Positions 11,860-21,444 are shown, numbered from the stretch's first letter. The stretch: DNA of 33,712 nucleotides from Pedosphaera sp. (GCA_031414955.1 JANOQV010000231.1:1-33712); one strand, 5' to 3'. Numbers and translations are program-made. The notes: a model not told the origin generated them from the sequence alone.

Positions 11860-12687
11860 TCACATCAGCGCCGTGAGTTGCTTCCTCAACAACCCATTGT
11901 TCACCACCAGGCGATAGGCGTGGCGTTCGCCCGGCAACGGTTGATGAAAAAACTCCCCGCCCGCGCACTCGACGATGAGACCGCCGGCCGCGATGTCCCA
12001 GAGGCGCACGCCGGATTCGAGGTAGGCGTCGTGGCGGCCGCTGGCCACGTAGGTGAGGGAGAGGGCGGCGGCACCCATCATGCGGACCTTGCGCACGCGA
12101 TGGATGAGGCGGTTCAGCACGGGCAGCATTTCGGTGAGGGAATCCTGGCGCTTGGAGAAACCCATCGCGACGATCGATTCGCCCAGCGTGGCGTTCCCGC
12201 TCACGGAGATGGGCCGGCCATTGAGCAAGGCTTTTCCACCGCGGGTCGCCGTCCACAACTCATCGGTGAAGGGATCATAAACAACGCCGACAACCGTGGC
12301 GTATCCATCAGTCGAGACGCTGTGACGACTTTGGACCTTGCCCCCCGGACCAGAAACTTTTTCCTGAAGCGCAATGGAGACGCAGGCGTGCGGGATGCCG
12401 TAGGCGTAGTTCACCGTGCCGTCGATGGGATCAATGACCCAGCGAAGCGGAGCGGAGGCGTCGCCGCTGTCGCCTTCCTCGCCGAGCACGGAGATTTTGG
12501 GGAAGGCTTTGAGCAGACTTCGCTCGATGAGTTGCTGGCACTTCACATCCAGCTCGAGCTTGATGTCGAACTGGGCGATCTCGCTGGCCTTCTTGGGTTC
12601 GTGGAAGTGTTTCTTCATCAACGCGCCGGCGGCCTGGGCGGCCTTCACGGCGGCGTTGAGCGCGCGCGTCTGCTGGGGTGGCTTCAT
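11860..12687 (-). CDS. Inositol monophosphatase family protein (SuhB-like)
   Basis: LGEE, WVIDPIDGTVNY, VGVVYDP, GAAAL.L.YVA.G, LWDIAAG. Start at ATG 12687. Confidence 0.92.
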   Translation of the reverse strand: MKPPQQTRALNAAVKAAQAAGALMKKHFHEPKKASEIAQFDIKLELDVKCQQLIERSLLKAFPKISVLGEEGDSGDASAPLRWVIDPIDGTVNYAYGIPHACVSIALQEKVSGPGGKVQSRHSVSTDGYATVVGVVYDPFTDELWTATRGGKALLNGRPISVSGNATLGESIVAMGFSKRQDSLTEMLPVLNRLIHRVRKVRMMGAAALSLTYVASGRHDAYLESGVRLWDIAAGGLIVECAGGEFFHQPLPGERHAYRLVVNNGLLRKQLTALM

Positions 12688-12735
12688 GGGCGGGACGTTA
12701 GGCGAGGCGGCGGGAGCATTGCAACCAGCGTCGGC

Positions 12736-12901
12736 GGTGGGATTGAAAGTGGCGGGCAAAGGTGGGTTTTGTCGCGCTGCGACAAAACAAGCCCGCGTTC
12801 AGCGGGCGGCCAAACCGGATGGTCGCGCCAGGTCGTTGCGCCGCTCTGCGCAGCGCGACCGGTTCCACCTCGTCGGTTGACCGCCACTTCCAATCCGCAC
12901 C
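12736..12901. repeat. MITE/REP-like element with about 24 bp terminal inverted repeats, copy 1
   Basis: GGTGGGATTGAAAGTGGCGGGCAA (12736-12759) and TTGACCGCCACTTCCAATCCGCACC (12877-12901), with a nested internal IR GTCGCGCTGCG/CGCAGCGCGAC. Confidence 0.8.
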
Positions 12902-13001
12902 CAACGTCGGCTCGCCAGTTGCAATCATCCGGGCGGGCCGGCACAGTCTGCCCGTCCGGCTGTTGCGGAAAACCAGCCGGTTCAATCACGAACAAAACCG
13001 C

Positions 13002-14285
13002 ATGACTGAGACACTGACTTTCGCCGACTACGCCGCGCGCCTGCGCGGCTTCATCGCCTCTGCTTCGGGAACCTCCCCGTCGGCCAGCGCGGAGTTCCGG
13101 GCGCTGGCGCTGGCCCTGTTCGATCTCCAATTCCAACACAACGTGCCCTATCAGCGGCTGTGCCTGGCGCGCGGCGTGAACCCGGAGGTGATTCAACACT
13201 GGAGCGAAATCCCCGCCGTGCCCGCGAGTGCGTTCAAGGATTTGGAACTCACCAGCCTGCCGGTGGAGGAGCGCACCACGGTGTTTCATTCCAGCGGCAC
13301 CACCGGACAGGCGCGCAGCCGCCACTTCCACTCCGCCGAATCGCTCGCTCTGTACGAAGCTTCGTTAATGCCGTGGTTTGAACGCCACCTGCTGGCCGAT
13401 GTGAATGATCTGGTGGAGGAGCAACTGCTCGGTCCGCTGGACAAGCTGCCGTTCCTCGCCCTCACTCCTCCGCCCACCGCCGCGCCGCACTCGTCGCTCG
13501 TCCACATGTTCGACACCGTGCGCCGCGAGTTCGGCGCGCGCGATTCGCTCTTCGCCGGACGCACCGACGCCAGCGGTTCCTGGACGCTCGATCTCGACAC
13601 CGCGCTCTTCGCCATTCGCAAGTCGATGTGCGCCAACCGTCCGCTCGTCCTGCTCGGCACGGCGTTCAACTTCGTCCATCTGCTCGACCACTTCGCCGCG
13701 CACAACATGCGCTATCGGCTGGCCCGCGGCTCGCGCGTGCTGGAGACGGGCGGTTACAAAGGCCAGTCGCGCGAGGTGCCGAAGCGGGAGTTGCACGCGC
13801 TCATCAGCAAGCACCTCGGCATCGCGCCGGAATTCATCGTGACGGAGTACGGGATGAGCGAGCTGAGTTCGCAGGCGTATGATCGAGTGGCGGGTTTGGC
13901 TCCCTCTCCCCTCAAAGGGGAGAGGGTTGGGGTGAGGGGTGAGACCGCAACTCAAACTTGCTCTCGGCAAGATCGCCCTCACCTCACCCCGGCCCTCTCC
14001 CCTCCCTCCGGGAGCGGAGAGGGAGAACCTATTGAGCGCATCTTCCACTTCCCGCCGTGGTGCCGCGTTCAAGTCATCTCGCCCGAGACGGGCCGCGAAG
14101 TCGCGGAGGGGGAAACCGGGTTACTTCGCCTTTTTGACTTGGCGAATGTGCGCAGCGTGATGGCGATTCAAACGGAGGATCTGGCGATGCGACGCGGCGC
14201 GGGCTTTGAATTGCTGGGCCGGGTTGCGCGAGCCGAGCCACGCGGGTGCTCGTTGCTGAGTTTGAATGCAGAGGCGAAGGCATGA
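13002..14285 (+). CDS. LuxE-like acyl-protein synthetase
   Basis: FHSSGTTG adenylation loop, ETGGYKG, EYGMSELSSQAY, DLAN..S...IQTEDL, LLGR...AEPRGCS with the acyl-acceptor Cys. Start at ATG 13002. Confidence 0.88.
   Translation: MTETLTFADYAARLRGFIASASGTSPSASAEFRALALALFDLQFQHNVPYQRLCLARGVNPEVIQHWSEIPAVPASAFKDLELTSLPVEERTTVFHSSGTTGQARSRHFHSAESLALYEASLMPWFERHLLADVNDLVEEQLLGPLDKLPFLALTPPPTAAPHSSLVHMFDTVRREFGARDSLFAGRTDASGSWTLDLDTALFAIRKSMCANRPLVLLGTAFNFVHLLDHFAAHNMRYRLARGSRVLETGGYKGQSREVPKRELHALISKHLGIAPEFIVTEYGMSELSSQAYDRVAGLAPSPLKGERVGVRGETATQTCSRQDRPHLTPALSPPSGSGEGEPIERIFHFPPWCRVQVISPETGREVAEGETGLLRLFDLANVRSVMAIQTEDLAMRRGAGFELLGRVARAEPRGCSLLSLNAEAKA
13900..14025. repeat. CCCTCTCCC/GGGAGAGGG REP-like doublet in frame inside the luxE-like gene
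   Basis: Perfect hairpin CCCTCTCCCCT-CAA-AGGGGAGAGGG plus TTGGGGTGAGG, and an inverted partner CCTCACCCCGGCCCTCTCCCCT...GGAGAGGGAG. The span is 126 nt, or 42 codons. Confidence 0.88.
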
Positions 14286-15019
14286 ATCGCCGCAAAACCA
14301 TTCTCTTCGCCGTGCTTTCAGTGGTGGTGGTCCTGGCGTTGAACTTCCGGGAACGGATGAGCACTGGCTGGAACATGACCCAAAAACGCATTGCGAAACG
14401 CACGGTTAATGATCGCCTGAAGGAGTTCGGCGGCGCGGCGCGGGATCGTTGGGCACCACACTTCAAGGCCGCTGGAGTGAGCTACCCTCCGACGCGGGTC
14501 GTGTTCGTCGCGCTGAAGCAGGAGCGGATGTTTGAAGTGTGGGCAGCGGGCACGACCAACCTGAGTCTCATCAAGCGTTATCCCATCCTCGCGGCCAGCG
14601 GCGGTCCCGGCCCGAAGCTGCGCGAGGGCGACAAGCAAGTGCCGGAGGGCATTTACGAAATTGAATCGCTCAATCCCAACAGCGCCTATCACGTCGCGCT
14701 GCGGCTGAACTACCCAAACGCCTTTGACCGCGCGCAGGCCGCGAAGGACGGACGCACTGACCTCGGCGGCGACATCATGATTCACGGCAAGTCGGCTTCC
14801 ATCGGCTGCCTCGCGCTGGGCGATGGAGCGGCGGAGGACGTGTTCACGCTGGCGGCGGAGGTGGGTCTCAAGAACGTGAAGGTGATTTGCAGCCCGGTGG
14901 ACTTCCGAAAGGGAGCGGGCCTGCCCCGCGACATTCAGCCCGTGGCGGGAACATTCGAATGGACCATGGCGCTGTATCAGGAGATTTACTCGCAACTGCT
15001 CGCGATGCCCACGCCATGA
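14282..15019 (+). CDS. YkuD-family L,D-transpeptidase-like protein (YafK/DpaA type), N-terminally anchored or exported
   Basis: GPKLREGDKQVPEGIY, LNPNSAYH..L.LNYPN.FD, catalytic IMIHG..ASIGC. Basic then hydrophobic N-terminus. Confidence 0.88.
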   Translation: MNRRKTILFAVLSVVVVLALNFRERMSTGWNMTQKRIAKRTVNDRLKEFGGAARDRWAPHFKAAGVSYPPTRVVFVALKQERMFEVWAAGTTNLSLIKRYPILAASGGPGPKLREGDKQVPEGIYEIESLNPNSAYHVALRLNYPNAFDRAQAAKDGRTDLGGDIMIHGKSASIGCLALGDGAAEDVFTLAAEVGLKNVKVICSPVDFRKGAGLPRDIQPVAGTFEWTMALYQEIYSQLLAMPTP

Positions 15020-16390
15020 GCGAGCACCATCACCGCCACCGCACGCTCGCGCTCACCACGGTGCTGCACGCCTTCACGCACATCTACCAGATGGCGCTCA
15101 TCCCGTTGTATCTGCCCATCCAGAAATACTTCCATCGTGACACAGTCGATGACGCCACTCTCCTCGTCACCGCGCTGCTCGTCGCCTACTTCCTGCCCAG
15201 CTACGTGATGGGCGTGATGGCCGATCGCTTCAGCCGCAAGAAACTCCTGAGCGTCGGCCTGGCCATCAATGCGGTCGGCTTCATCGGCCTGGCCTTCGCA
15301 CCGAGCTACGCACTGGCGCTGACGTGCGTGATGATCGCGGGCTTCGGCGGCAGCTTCTTTCATCCGGCGGCCACGGCCTTGGTGGCGAGGTTATATCCGG
15401 GCAACACCGGACGCGCCCTGGGCTTTCTCGGCATCGGCGCGAGCATCGGATTTTGTCTCGGACCACTCTACGCAGGTTGGCGCGCGAAGACCACTGGCGA
15501 TTGGCGCACGCCGATTTGGGAACTGGGCGTGATTGGGTTAATCACCGCCGCGCTCTACGCTTGGCTGGCGGATGAAGCATCGGCGCGGGGGGGGGGGGGG
15601 GGGGGGGGGGGGAAGAACAACACAAACCAAGGGGGCGGGGGCGGCGCCCCCCCCCCCCACCCCCACCCCCCCGGACCGGGGAGGGGGCCCCCCCCCCCCC
15701 CCCCCGGGGGGGCGCCCTGTACGCCCCCCGCCCCGGCCAGAACCGATGTTTCCCACCCCCGCGCTCTGGCTCATGTTCCTCGCGGCGGCGTTTGTCTTCC
15801 TGCTGCGCGACTTCGCCGGCAGCAGCATGAGCACGGTCGGCTCGCTCTTCCTGCAAAAGGCGCGCGGGTTCGATGTGGAGCAAACCGGCCTCACCATCAG
15901 CGTGCTTTTCATCGCGTCGGCCATCAGCAATCCGCTCTTCGGCCACTTCAGTGATCGCGCGAGGCTGCGCTGGGCGGCGGCGCTCATCACTCTCTCGGCG
16001 GCGTTCGTGGCGGCCTTTCCGCATGTGCCGGGGTCGTGGGTCGTGCCGCTGTTGCTGGTCTATGGATTCTTCTTCCTCGCCAGCTATCCCATCGTGGAAG
16101 CCGCGTTGATGGAGGCGGTGCCGGACGCGGTGCGCGGACGCGTGTTTGGATTGTTCATCACCATCGGCGGGCTGCTCGGCAACCTGTCCCATTACATCGT
16201 GGGCAAATGGGTGGAGAGCTTTGGTGCGCGAGGGAGCGAGGTCGCGACGTACTATCCGCTCTATAACTGGCTCGCGATCTTCCTGCTCGCGTCGCTGGCC
16301 GGGCTGCCATGTTTGCGAGCGATTCGGAAACGCGATGAAACCGGCGTTCCACATTCCGCGCTCCCCGTTCCGCGCTCCGCACTCAAATGA
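15016..16390 (+). CDS. MFS transporter; reading frame broken across a low-quality poly-G/C patch in the central loop
   Basis: N-half has motif A G.MADRFSRK and FFHPAA. C-half in another frame has FGHFSDRAR and VPDAVRGRVFG. The halves join across 15586-15735. Confidence 0.82.
15586..15735. other. Probable sequencing/assembly artefact (homopolymer G and C runs)
   Basis: A run of more than 20 G followed by long C runs, unlike the rest of the window, coinciding with the MFS frameshift. Confidence 0.85.
16347..16384. repeat. Heptamer tandem repeat forming the MFS C-terminus
   Basis: TTCCACA TTCCGCG CTCCCCG TTCCGCG CTCCGCA, encoding PHSALPVPRSAL. Confidence 0.75.
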
Positions 16391-17736
16391 ATCTTCCCAA
16401 CTACTTCATCGCTGATTTGCCGCCCGAGCACGCCGTGACGCCGAAGCTCGTCACCGAGGCCTGCCAGGCGCTCAAGCAGAACCGCGAGCGATACCTGCTC
16501 GGGCGCAGCACGGCGAACATCGTCGGCGTGCTGGCCGCCACGGCGCAAAGCTGGCTGGAGCACGACAATCCCTTTCGCAAGCTCGCGCTGGAACGGGCCG
16601 GGGCTGAAACCGGTTTCGGGGAGAGGACGCTGGCGCGCGGCCTCGACTCCTTCTTCAAACAGTTCACCACCGAGAATCTCAACGCCCTCATCACGCAAGA
16701 CCTCGGGCACGTCGAGCGACTGGACCGTTTCTCCCTCGATCGGGCGAGCAACACGGCCTCGCTGGCGCGCGGACCAGAACTGCTCGTCCACATCGCGGCG
16801 GGGAACATTCCCAATCCAACCTTGTTCAGCATGGTGCTCGGGTTCCTCACGCGCTCGGCGCAGTTCGTGAAGTGTGCGCGCGGGACTTCGCTGCTGCCGC
16901 GGCTGTTCGCGCACTCCATCTACGAGGTGGAGCCGAAGCTCGCGGCCTGCCTGGAGATCGCCGAGTGGCCGGGCGGCACGGAGACTTTGGAGCAGCCGCT
17001 TTTTGCCGAGGCCGACTGCGCGACGGCCACCGGCTCGGACGAAACGCTGGCGGCCATCCGCAAGCAACTTCCACCGCGCGTCCGCTTCATCGGCCACGGC
17101 CATCGCGTGAGCTTCGGCTACATCACCGGCGAAGCGCTGGGACGGTTCGAGTTGAAGAACACCGTGCAACGCGCGGCGAGCGACGTGGTGGCGTGGAATC
17201 AACTGGGCTGCCTTTCGCCGCACCTTTTTTACGTCGAGCATGGCGGCACGGTGTCGGCGGAGAGCTTTGCGGAAATGCTGGCGGCCAAGCTGGCCGAACT
17301 GGAAGGCACGGAGCCGCGCGGCCCGTTGCCAACCGAGGAGGCCGCCGCCCTCGCCTTGAAACGCGGGTTCTACGAGGTGCGCGCCGCGACCAACGACACC
17401 AAGCTATGGAAGAGCGAAGGTTCGACTGCCTGGACGGTGGTGTATGAGGCCGACCCGCAATTCCAAATCTCGTGCCTGAACCGCTTCATCTACGTGAAGC
17501 CAGTGTCAGATTTGACCGAGGCGTTGCGCCAGGCCGAGCGAGTGCGCGGACAGGTCTCGACCGTGGGCCTGGCCGCCGAGGCGGACCAGGCGCGAGTGCT
17601 GGCCACGCAACTGGCGCATTGGGGCGTGCCGCGCATCTGCCGGCTGGGCGAGATGCAAAACCCGCCGCTCACCTGGCGGCACGACGGACGACCGACGCTG
17701 GGGGATTTGATCACCTGGACTGATTGGGAAACTTGA
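16387..17736 (+). CDS. LuxC-like acyl-CoA reductase
   Basis: HIAAGNIP, ATGSDET, GHGHRVSF, catalytic NQLGCLSPH, RICRLGEMQNP...W.HDG. ATGA overlap with the MFS gene. Confidence 0.9.
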   Translation: MNLPNYFIADLPPEHAVTPKLVTEACQALKQNRERYLLGRSTANIVGVLAATAQSWLEHDNPFRKLALERAGAETGFGERTLARGLDSFFKQFTTENLNALITQDLGHVERLDRFSLDRASNTASLARGPELLVHIAAGNIPNPTLFSMVLGFLTRSAQFVKCARGTSLLPRLFAHSIYEVEPKLAACLEIAEWPGGTETLEQPLFAEADCATATGSDETLAAIRKQLPPRVRFIGHGHRVSFGYITGEALGRFELKNTVQRAASDVVAWNQLGCLSPHLFYVEHGGTVSAESFAEMLAAKLAELEGTEPRGPLPTEEAAALALKRGFYEVRAATNDTKLWKSEGSTAWTVVYEADPQFQISCLNRFIYVKPVSDLTEALRQAERVRGQVSTVGLAAEADQARVLATQLAHWGVPRICRLGEMQNPPLTWRHDGRPTLGDLITWTDWET

Positions 17737-17754
17737 ATTCCAAAATTTCACCTT

Positions 17755-18117
17755 ATGAAGATTGAGCTAAGAAAGACGTTTCAATTCGAGGCCGCGCACC
17801 GGCTGCCGCATGTGCCGGCCGAGCACAAGTGCGCTCGACTGCACGGCCACAGCTTCCGCGTCGAGGTCGTGGTCAGCGGCGAGTGCGATCCGCGCATGGG
17901 CTGGCTCATGGATTACTCGGACATCTCCGAGGCCTTCAAGCCGTTGATGGATCAACTCGATCATTACTACCTCAACGACATCGCCGGACTGGAGAACGCG
18001 ACCAGTGAGAATCTAGCGAAATGGATTTGGGACCACCTCAAGCCGCTCCTCCCGTTATTGAGCGAGATCAGCGTGGCCGAGACCTGCATGTCTCGCTGTG
18101 TGTACCGCGGCCAGTGA
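17755..18117 (+). CDS. queD: 6-carboxy-5,6,7,8-tetrahydropterin synthase QueD
   Basis: FEAAHRLP, CARLHGHS, LDHYYLN, N.TSENLA, final ET motif. Confidence 0.93.
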   Translation: MKIELRKTFQFEAAHRLPHVPAEHKCARLHGHSFRVEVVVSGECDPRMGWLMDYSDISEAFKPLMDQLDHYYLNDIAGLENATSENLAKWIWDHLKPLLPLLSEISVAETCMSRCVYRGQ

Positions 18118-18119
18118 AA

Positions 18120-18239
18120 GGTGGGATTGAAAGAGGCGGGCAAGACGGCAAGAAGACGGAGTGCGCCGTTCCTAAGCGCCGGAGGCGCGGCGAGAGAGTC
18201 GCCTACGGCGCTCCAGTTGCCCGCCACTTTCAATCGCAC
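18120..18239. repeat. MITE/REP-like element, copy 2
   Basis: GGTGGGATTGAAAGAGGCGGGCAA (18120-18143) and TTGCCCGCCACTTTCAATCGCAC (18217-18239). Same termini as 12736-12901 but a different interior. Confidence 0.8.
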
Positions 18240-18325
18240 TCGCCAGTGAGCGTCGGCTCGCCGCTCTGCGAACTTTTCAAAAAACTGGGGAGGAAAGGGC
18301 GCGGGAGAGCGTCGAACCTCCCCGT

Positions 18326-19183
18326 ATGAAAGCGCTCAAGATTCTTTCACTCGTGGTGCTGTTCGCCACCCTGGCCGGACTGGCTTCCAACCAGTGGCAT
18401 CTGCACCGGCAGTGGCTGGCGCTGGGCCGCACGGCAGCCCACCCAGCCGATGCTGCCTCCGGCGAAAGCGCCGATGCAGCCGTGGAGCGGCTCCGCCGGG
18501 CCGAGGAACAACTCACTGACGCGCGCACTCAGCTTCAACTCGCGGGCCAACGACTCGCCACTGCCCACGCCCAAATCGCGCAACTGGATCAGCGTCTGCG
18601 CCAAGTGGAAGGCGGCGGACGACGCCCCAGGTTGCCAGGTGGCGCGATGCTCCAGGACACCCCTGAACTCGAAGGCGTCGTGGACACCACTCAACGCACG
18701 ACCAGGCGCTCGTGGGGTCCAGAGCAAGCAGCGGGCGAACCCGACACGCATCAGGCCGGCGACATTTCCACGGCCTGGGCACCGCGCGAACAGGACGGCG
18801 GCGAGGAGTGGTTGAAGCTCGATTACGAAAACGCGGTGGACCTCGCCGAGGTACGCGTCCGTGAGACTCACAATCCCGGGGCCATCTCGAAAGTCACGGC
18901 TTTCCTGGCCAACGGAACTGAGGTCACGCTCTGGGAAGGGACCGAGCCGCCCTCGCAAGCGCCGGTCGAGATGTCATTCCAGGTGCCGAACAGCGTGACC
19001 ACCAGGTCGGTGAAAGTGTACCTCGACACCAAGCGCGTGCCCGGCTGGAACGAGATCGATGCCGTCGAACTCATCGGTCGCGACGGCTCGCATCAGTGGG
19101 CCAAGCAGGCCAAGGCCAGCAGCACCTACGCCGAGCAAGGAGCAGGGAACCAAACCCGCGAAATTGAGTTGCTTCGGTTTTGA
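18326..19183 (+). CDS. Membrane-anchored protein with coiled coil and discoidin/galactose-binding-like beta-sandwich domain (pappalysin SD-scarf-like)
   Basis: N-terminal hydrophobic helix, heptad-rich segment, then [43 protein letters not shown]. Confidence 0.65.
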   Translation: MKALKILSLVVLFATLAGLASNQWHLHRQWLALGRTAAHPADAASGESADAAVERLRRAEEQLTDARTQLQLAGQRLATAHAQIAQLDQRLRQVEGGGRRPRLPGGAMLQDTPELEGVVDTTQRTTRRSWGPEQAAGEPDTHQAGDISTAWAPREQDGGEEWLKLDYENAVDLAEVRVRETHNPGAISKVTAFLANGTEVTLWEGTEPPSQAPVEMSFQVPNSVTTRSVKVYLDTKRVPGWNEIDAVELIGRDGSHQWAKQAKASSTYAEQGAGNQTREIELLRF

Positions 19184-19302
19184 GTCAGGAGCGCCGGACA
19201 TGCTCGGCTTGCAGAACATTTCGCTTCTCCACGCCGGGTCAGGCCCGGCGCACTCGATGCACAACTCGACAAACGCGCGGCCTCGCCCCTAAAGTTTGCC
19301 CA

Positions 19303-20091
19303 ATGTCAGTTGCCAATCGTCCGCTGGTCATCGCAGGCCGCGAGTTCCAGTCCCGCCTCATGGTTGGGACGGGCAAGTTCTCCTCTCCCGAGGCCATGCG
19401 CGATGCCCTCGCCGCCAGCGGCACGGAGATCGTCACCGTGGCGTTGCGACGGGCGGACTTGAGTGGAAAGCGCGATCCGTTCGCCAACATTCTTGAGTTC
19501 ATCGACGGCGAGAAATACTTGCTGCTGCCCAACACCAGCGGGGCGATGAACGCCGAGGAAGCGGTGCGCCTGGCCCGTCTCGCCGTCGCCGCCGGCCTGC
19601 CCAAGTGGGTGAAGTTGGAGATTCATCCCGACCCGCGCTACCTGCTGCCCGATCCGATTGAGACATTGAAGGCTGCGGAGATTTTGGTGAAGGAAGGCTT
19701 CATTGTCCTGCCTTACATCAATGCCGATCCGGTGCTGGCGAAACGATTACAGGACGTGGGCACGGCGACCGTGATGCCGCTCGGCTCGCCCATTGGTTCC
19801 AATCGCGGTCTTCAGACCCGCGACCAGATTCGCATCATCATTGAGCAGGCCACGGTGCCCGTGGTGGTCGATGCCGGCATCGGCGTGCCGAGCCATGCCG
19901 CCGAAGCCATGGAACTGGGCGCAGACGCCGTGCTGGTGAACACCGCCATCGCCATTGCCCGTGATCCGGATCGAATGGCCGTGGCGTTCAGGATGGCCGT
20001 GGAAGCAGGCCGCGCCGCCTACGAAATCGACTTGGGAGAAATTTCAGAAACGGCACACGCCACCAGTCCGCTGACGGCGTTCCTAGAGTGA
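19303..20091 (+). CDS. thiG: Thiazole synthase ThiG
   Basis: [61 protein letters not shown]. Start at ATG 19303. Confidence 0.97.
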   Translation: MSVANRPLVIAGREFQSRLMVGTGKFSSPEAMRDALAASGTEIVTVALRRADLSGKRDPFANILEFIDGEKYLLLPNTSGAMNAEEAVRLARLAVAAGLPKWVKLEIHPDPRYLLPDPIETLKAAEILVKEGFIVLPYINADPVLAKRLQDVGTATVMPLGSPIGSNRGLQTRDQIRIIIEQATVPVVVDAGIGVPSHAAEAMELGADAVLVNTAIAIARDPDRMAVAFRMAVEAGRAAYEIDLGEISETAHATSPLTAFLE

Positions 20092-20106
20092 CCGGATAGA
20101 TTTTTG

Positions 20107-20146
20107 CCACCGATTGAACACGGATTGAACACGGATTCAAAACACG
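20107..20146. repeat. Short 11-mer tandem repeat
   Basis: GATTGAACACG GATTGAACACG GATTCAAAACACG between thiG and the next ORF. Confidence 0.7.
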
Positions 20147-20150
20147 CAAA

Positions 20151-20408
20151 ATGAAGTATCAGATTTCGATTTTCATCTGCCTCGCGCTGTTTGTTGTCTT
20201 CCGTCGCAACCATGATTTTACGCTGAAAACGTGGATTTATTTACTGATCATTCACGCGCCGGTTCCGGCTCTGATGTTTATTTTCGAAAAGGCACGAAAA
20301 ATCAGAATTCATCCCGTCGTTTGCTTTCTTGCCACTTGGATTGGCGGCCTCGCGCTCGGCTTCCTGGTCGGCCCTTTTCTAATTAACCTTCTCGGAGGCA
20401 AGCGATGA
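20151..20408 (+). CDS. Small hypothetical membrane protein (about 3 hydrophobic segments)
   Basis: 85 aa ORF filling the thiG-heptose kinase gap; hydrophobic and visibly AT-richer than its neighbours. Confidence 0.6.
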   Translation: MKYQISIFICLALFVVFRRNHDFTLKTWIYLLIIHAPVPALMFIFEKARKIRIHPVVCFLATWIGGLALGFLVGPFLINLLGGKR

Positions 20409-20430
20409 TCCCAGCATTCAATTCCAACTC

Positions 20431-21444
20431 ATGAGCACTTCCATTTCTCCCAAGCGGGTTAAAGCCATTCTCGACGCGGCGACGCAGACGCACATTCTCG
20501 TGCTGGGCGACGTGATGCTCGACCATTTCATCTGGGGCAGTGTCTCGCGCATCTCGCCCGAAGCACCGGTGCCGGTGGTGGACTTCAACCACGAGAGCTA
20601 TATGCCCGGCGGCGCGGCCAACGTGGCCCGTAACCTCTCCGCGCTCAATGCCAGAGCCGACATGTTCAGCGCCATCGGGGAGGACGGCGCAGGCCGCCAA
20701 TTGAAGGCGCTGCTCGGCGAGCAAAGGGTGGGTTGCGCCGGGTTGGTGGCGCGGAGTTCCCGCCCGACCAGCATCAAGACCCGCATCGTCGCGCATCAGC
20801 AACAAGTCGTGCGCGTGGACCGCGAATCCAAACACGAACTGGACGCCACCGAGGTTCGCGCCATCCTGCGTGCGCTGGAGAAAGCCCTGCCCACCGCCAA
20901 TGCGGTGATCGTGGGCGACTACGGCAAAGGCGTGGTGACGCAATCGTTGCTCGATGGCGTGAAGAACCTTTGCCGTGAGCGCGGCCTTTGGTTGAGCGTG
21001 GATCCGAAGCCGGTTCACCATCTCGACCTTACCGGCCTCTCGCTCATTACGCCTAATCGCAAGGAAGCCTTTGGCCTGGCAGAAATCAGCGACCAGACGC
21101 GCCACGCGAATCCGTTGGAAGACAGGAACCTGATGAAGGTCGGGGAAAAGCTCTTGAACGATCTGCGCCCGGCCCTGCTCCTCATCACGCTCGGCGACTT
21201 GGGCATGCTGCTCTGCCAGCGCGGCGCGAAACCTTTCCACATCCCGACCGTGGCGCAGGAAGTGTTCGACGTGTCCGGCGCGGGCGACACCGTGATTGCT
21301 TCCTTCACCCTGGCAGTTGCCGCCGGAGCGTCGCCCATTGAGGCGGCGATCTTTTCCAATCACGCTGCGGGCGTAGTCGTCGGTAAAGTCGGCACGGCCA
21401 CCGTCACGCCGGACGAACTGGTGGCAAGTTTCAAACCCAAGTGA
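20431..21444 (+). CDS. rfaE1: D-glycero-beta-D-manno-heptose-7-phosphate kinase (stand-alone HldE/RfaE domain I, HldA)
   Basis: VLGDVMLD, SRISPEAPVPVV, PGGAANVA, KTR, DYGKG, ITPN, DVSGAGDTV, VVGKVGTA. Confidence 0.92.
   Translation: MSTSISPKRVKAILDAATQTHILVLGDVMLDHFIWGSVSRISPEAPVPVVDFNHESYMPGGAANVARNLSALNARADMFSAIGEDGAGRQLKALLGEQRVGCAGLVARSSRPTSIKTRIVAHQQQVVRVDRESKHELDATEVRAILRALEKALPTANAVIVGDYGKGVVTQSLLDGVKNLCRERGLWLSVDPKPVHHLDLTGLSLITPNRKEAFGLAEISDQTRHANPLEDRNLMKVGEKLLNDLRPALLLITLGDLGMLLCQRGAKPFHIPTVAQEVFDVSGAGDTVIASFTLAVAAGASPIEAAIFSNHAAGVVVGKVGTATVTPDELVASFKPK

Noticed and set aside
15538..15990. Gly/Pro-rich ORFs and G-quadruplex
   Set aside because: They derive from the homopolymer patch judged to be a sequencing artefact.
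13002..17736. Bioluminescence operon
   Set aside because: No luxA, luxB or luxD in the window, and the luxC/E-like genes are interleaved with unrelated genes.
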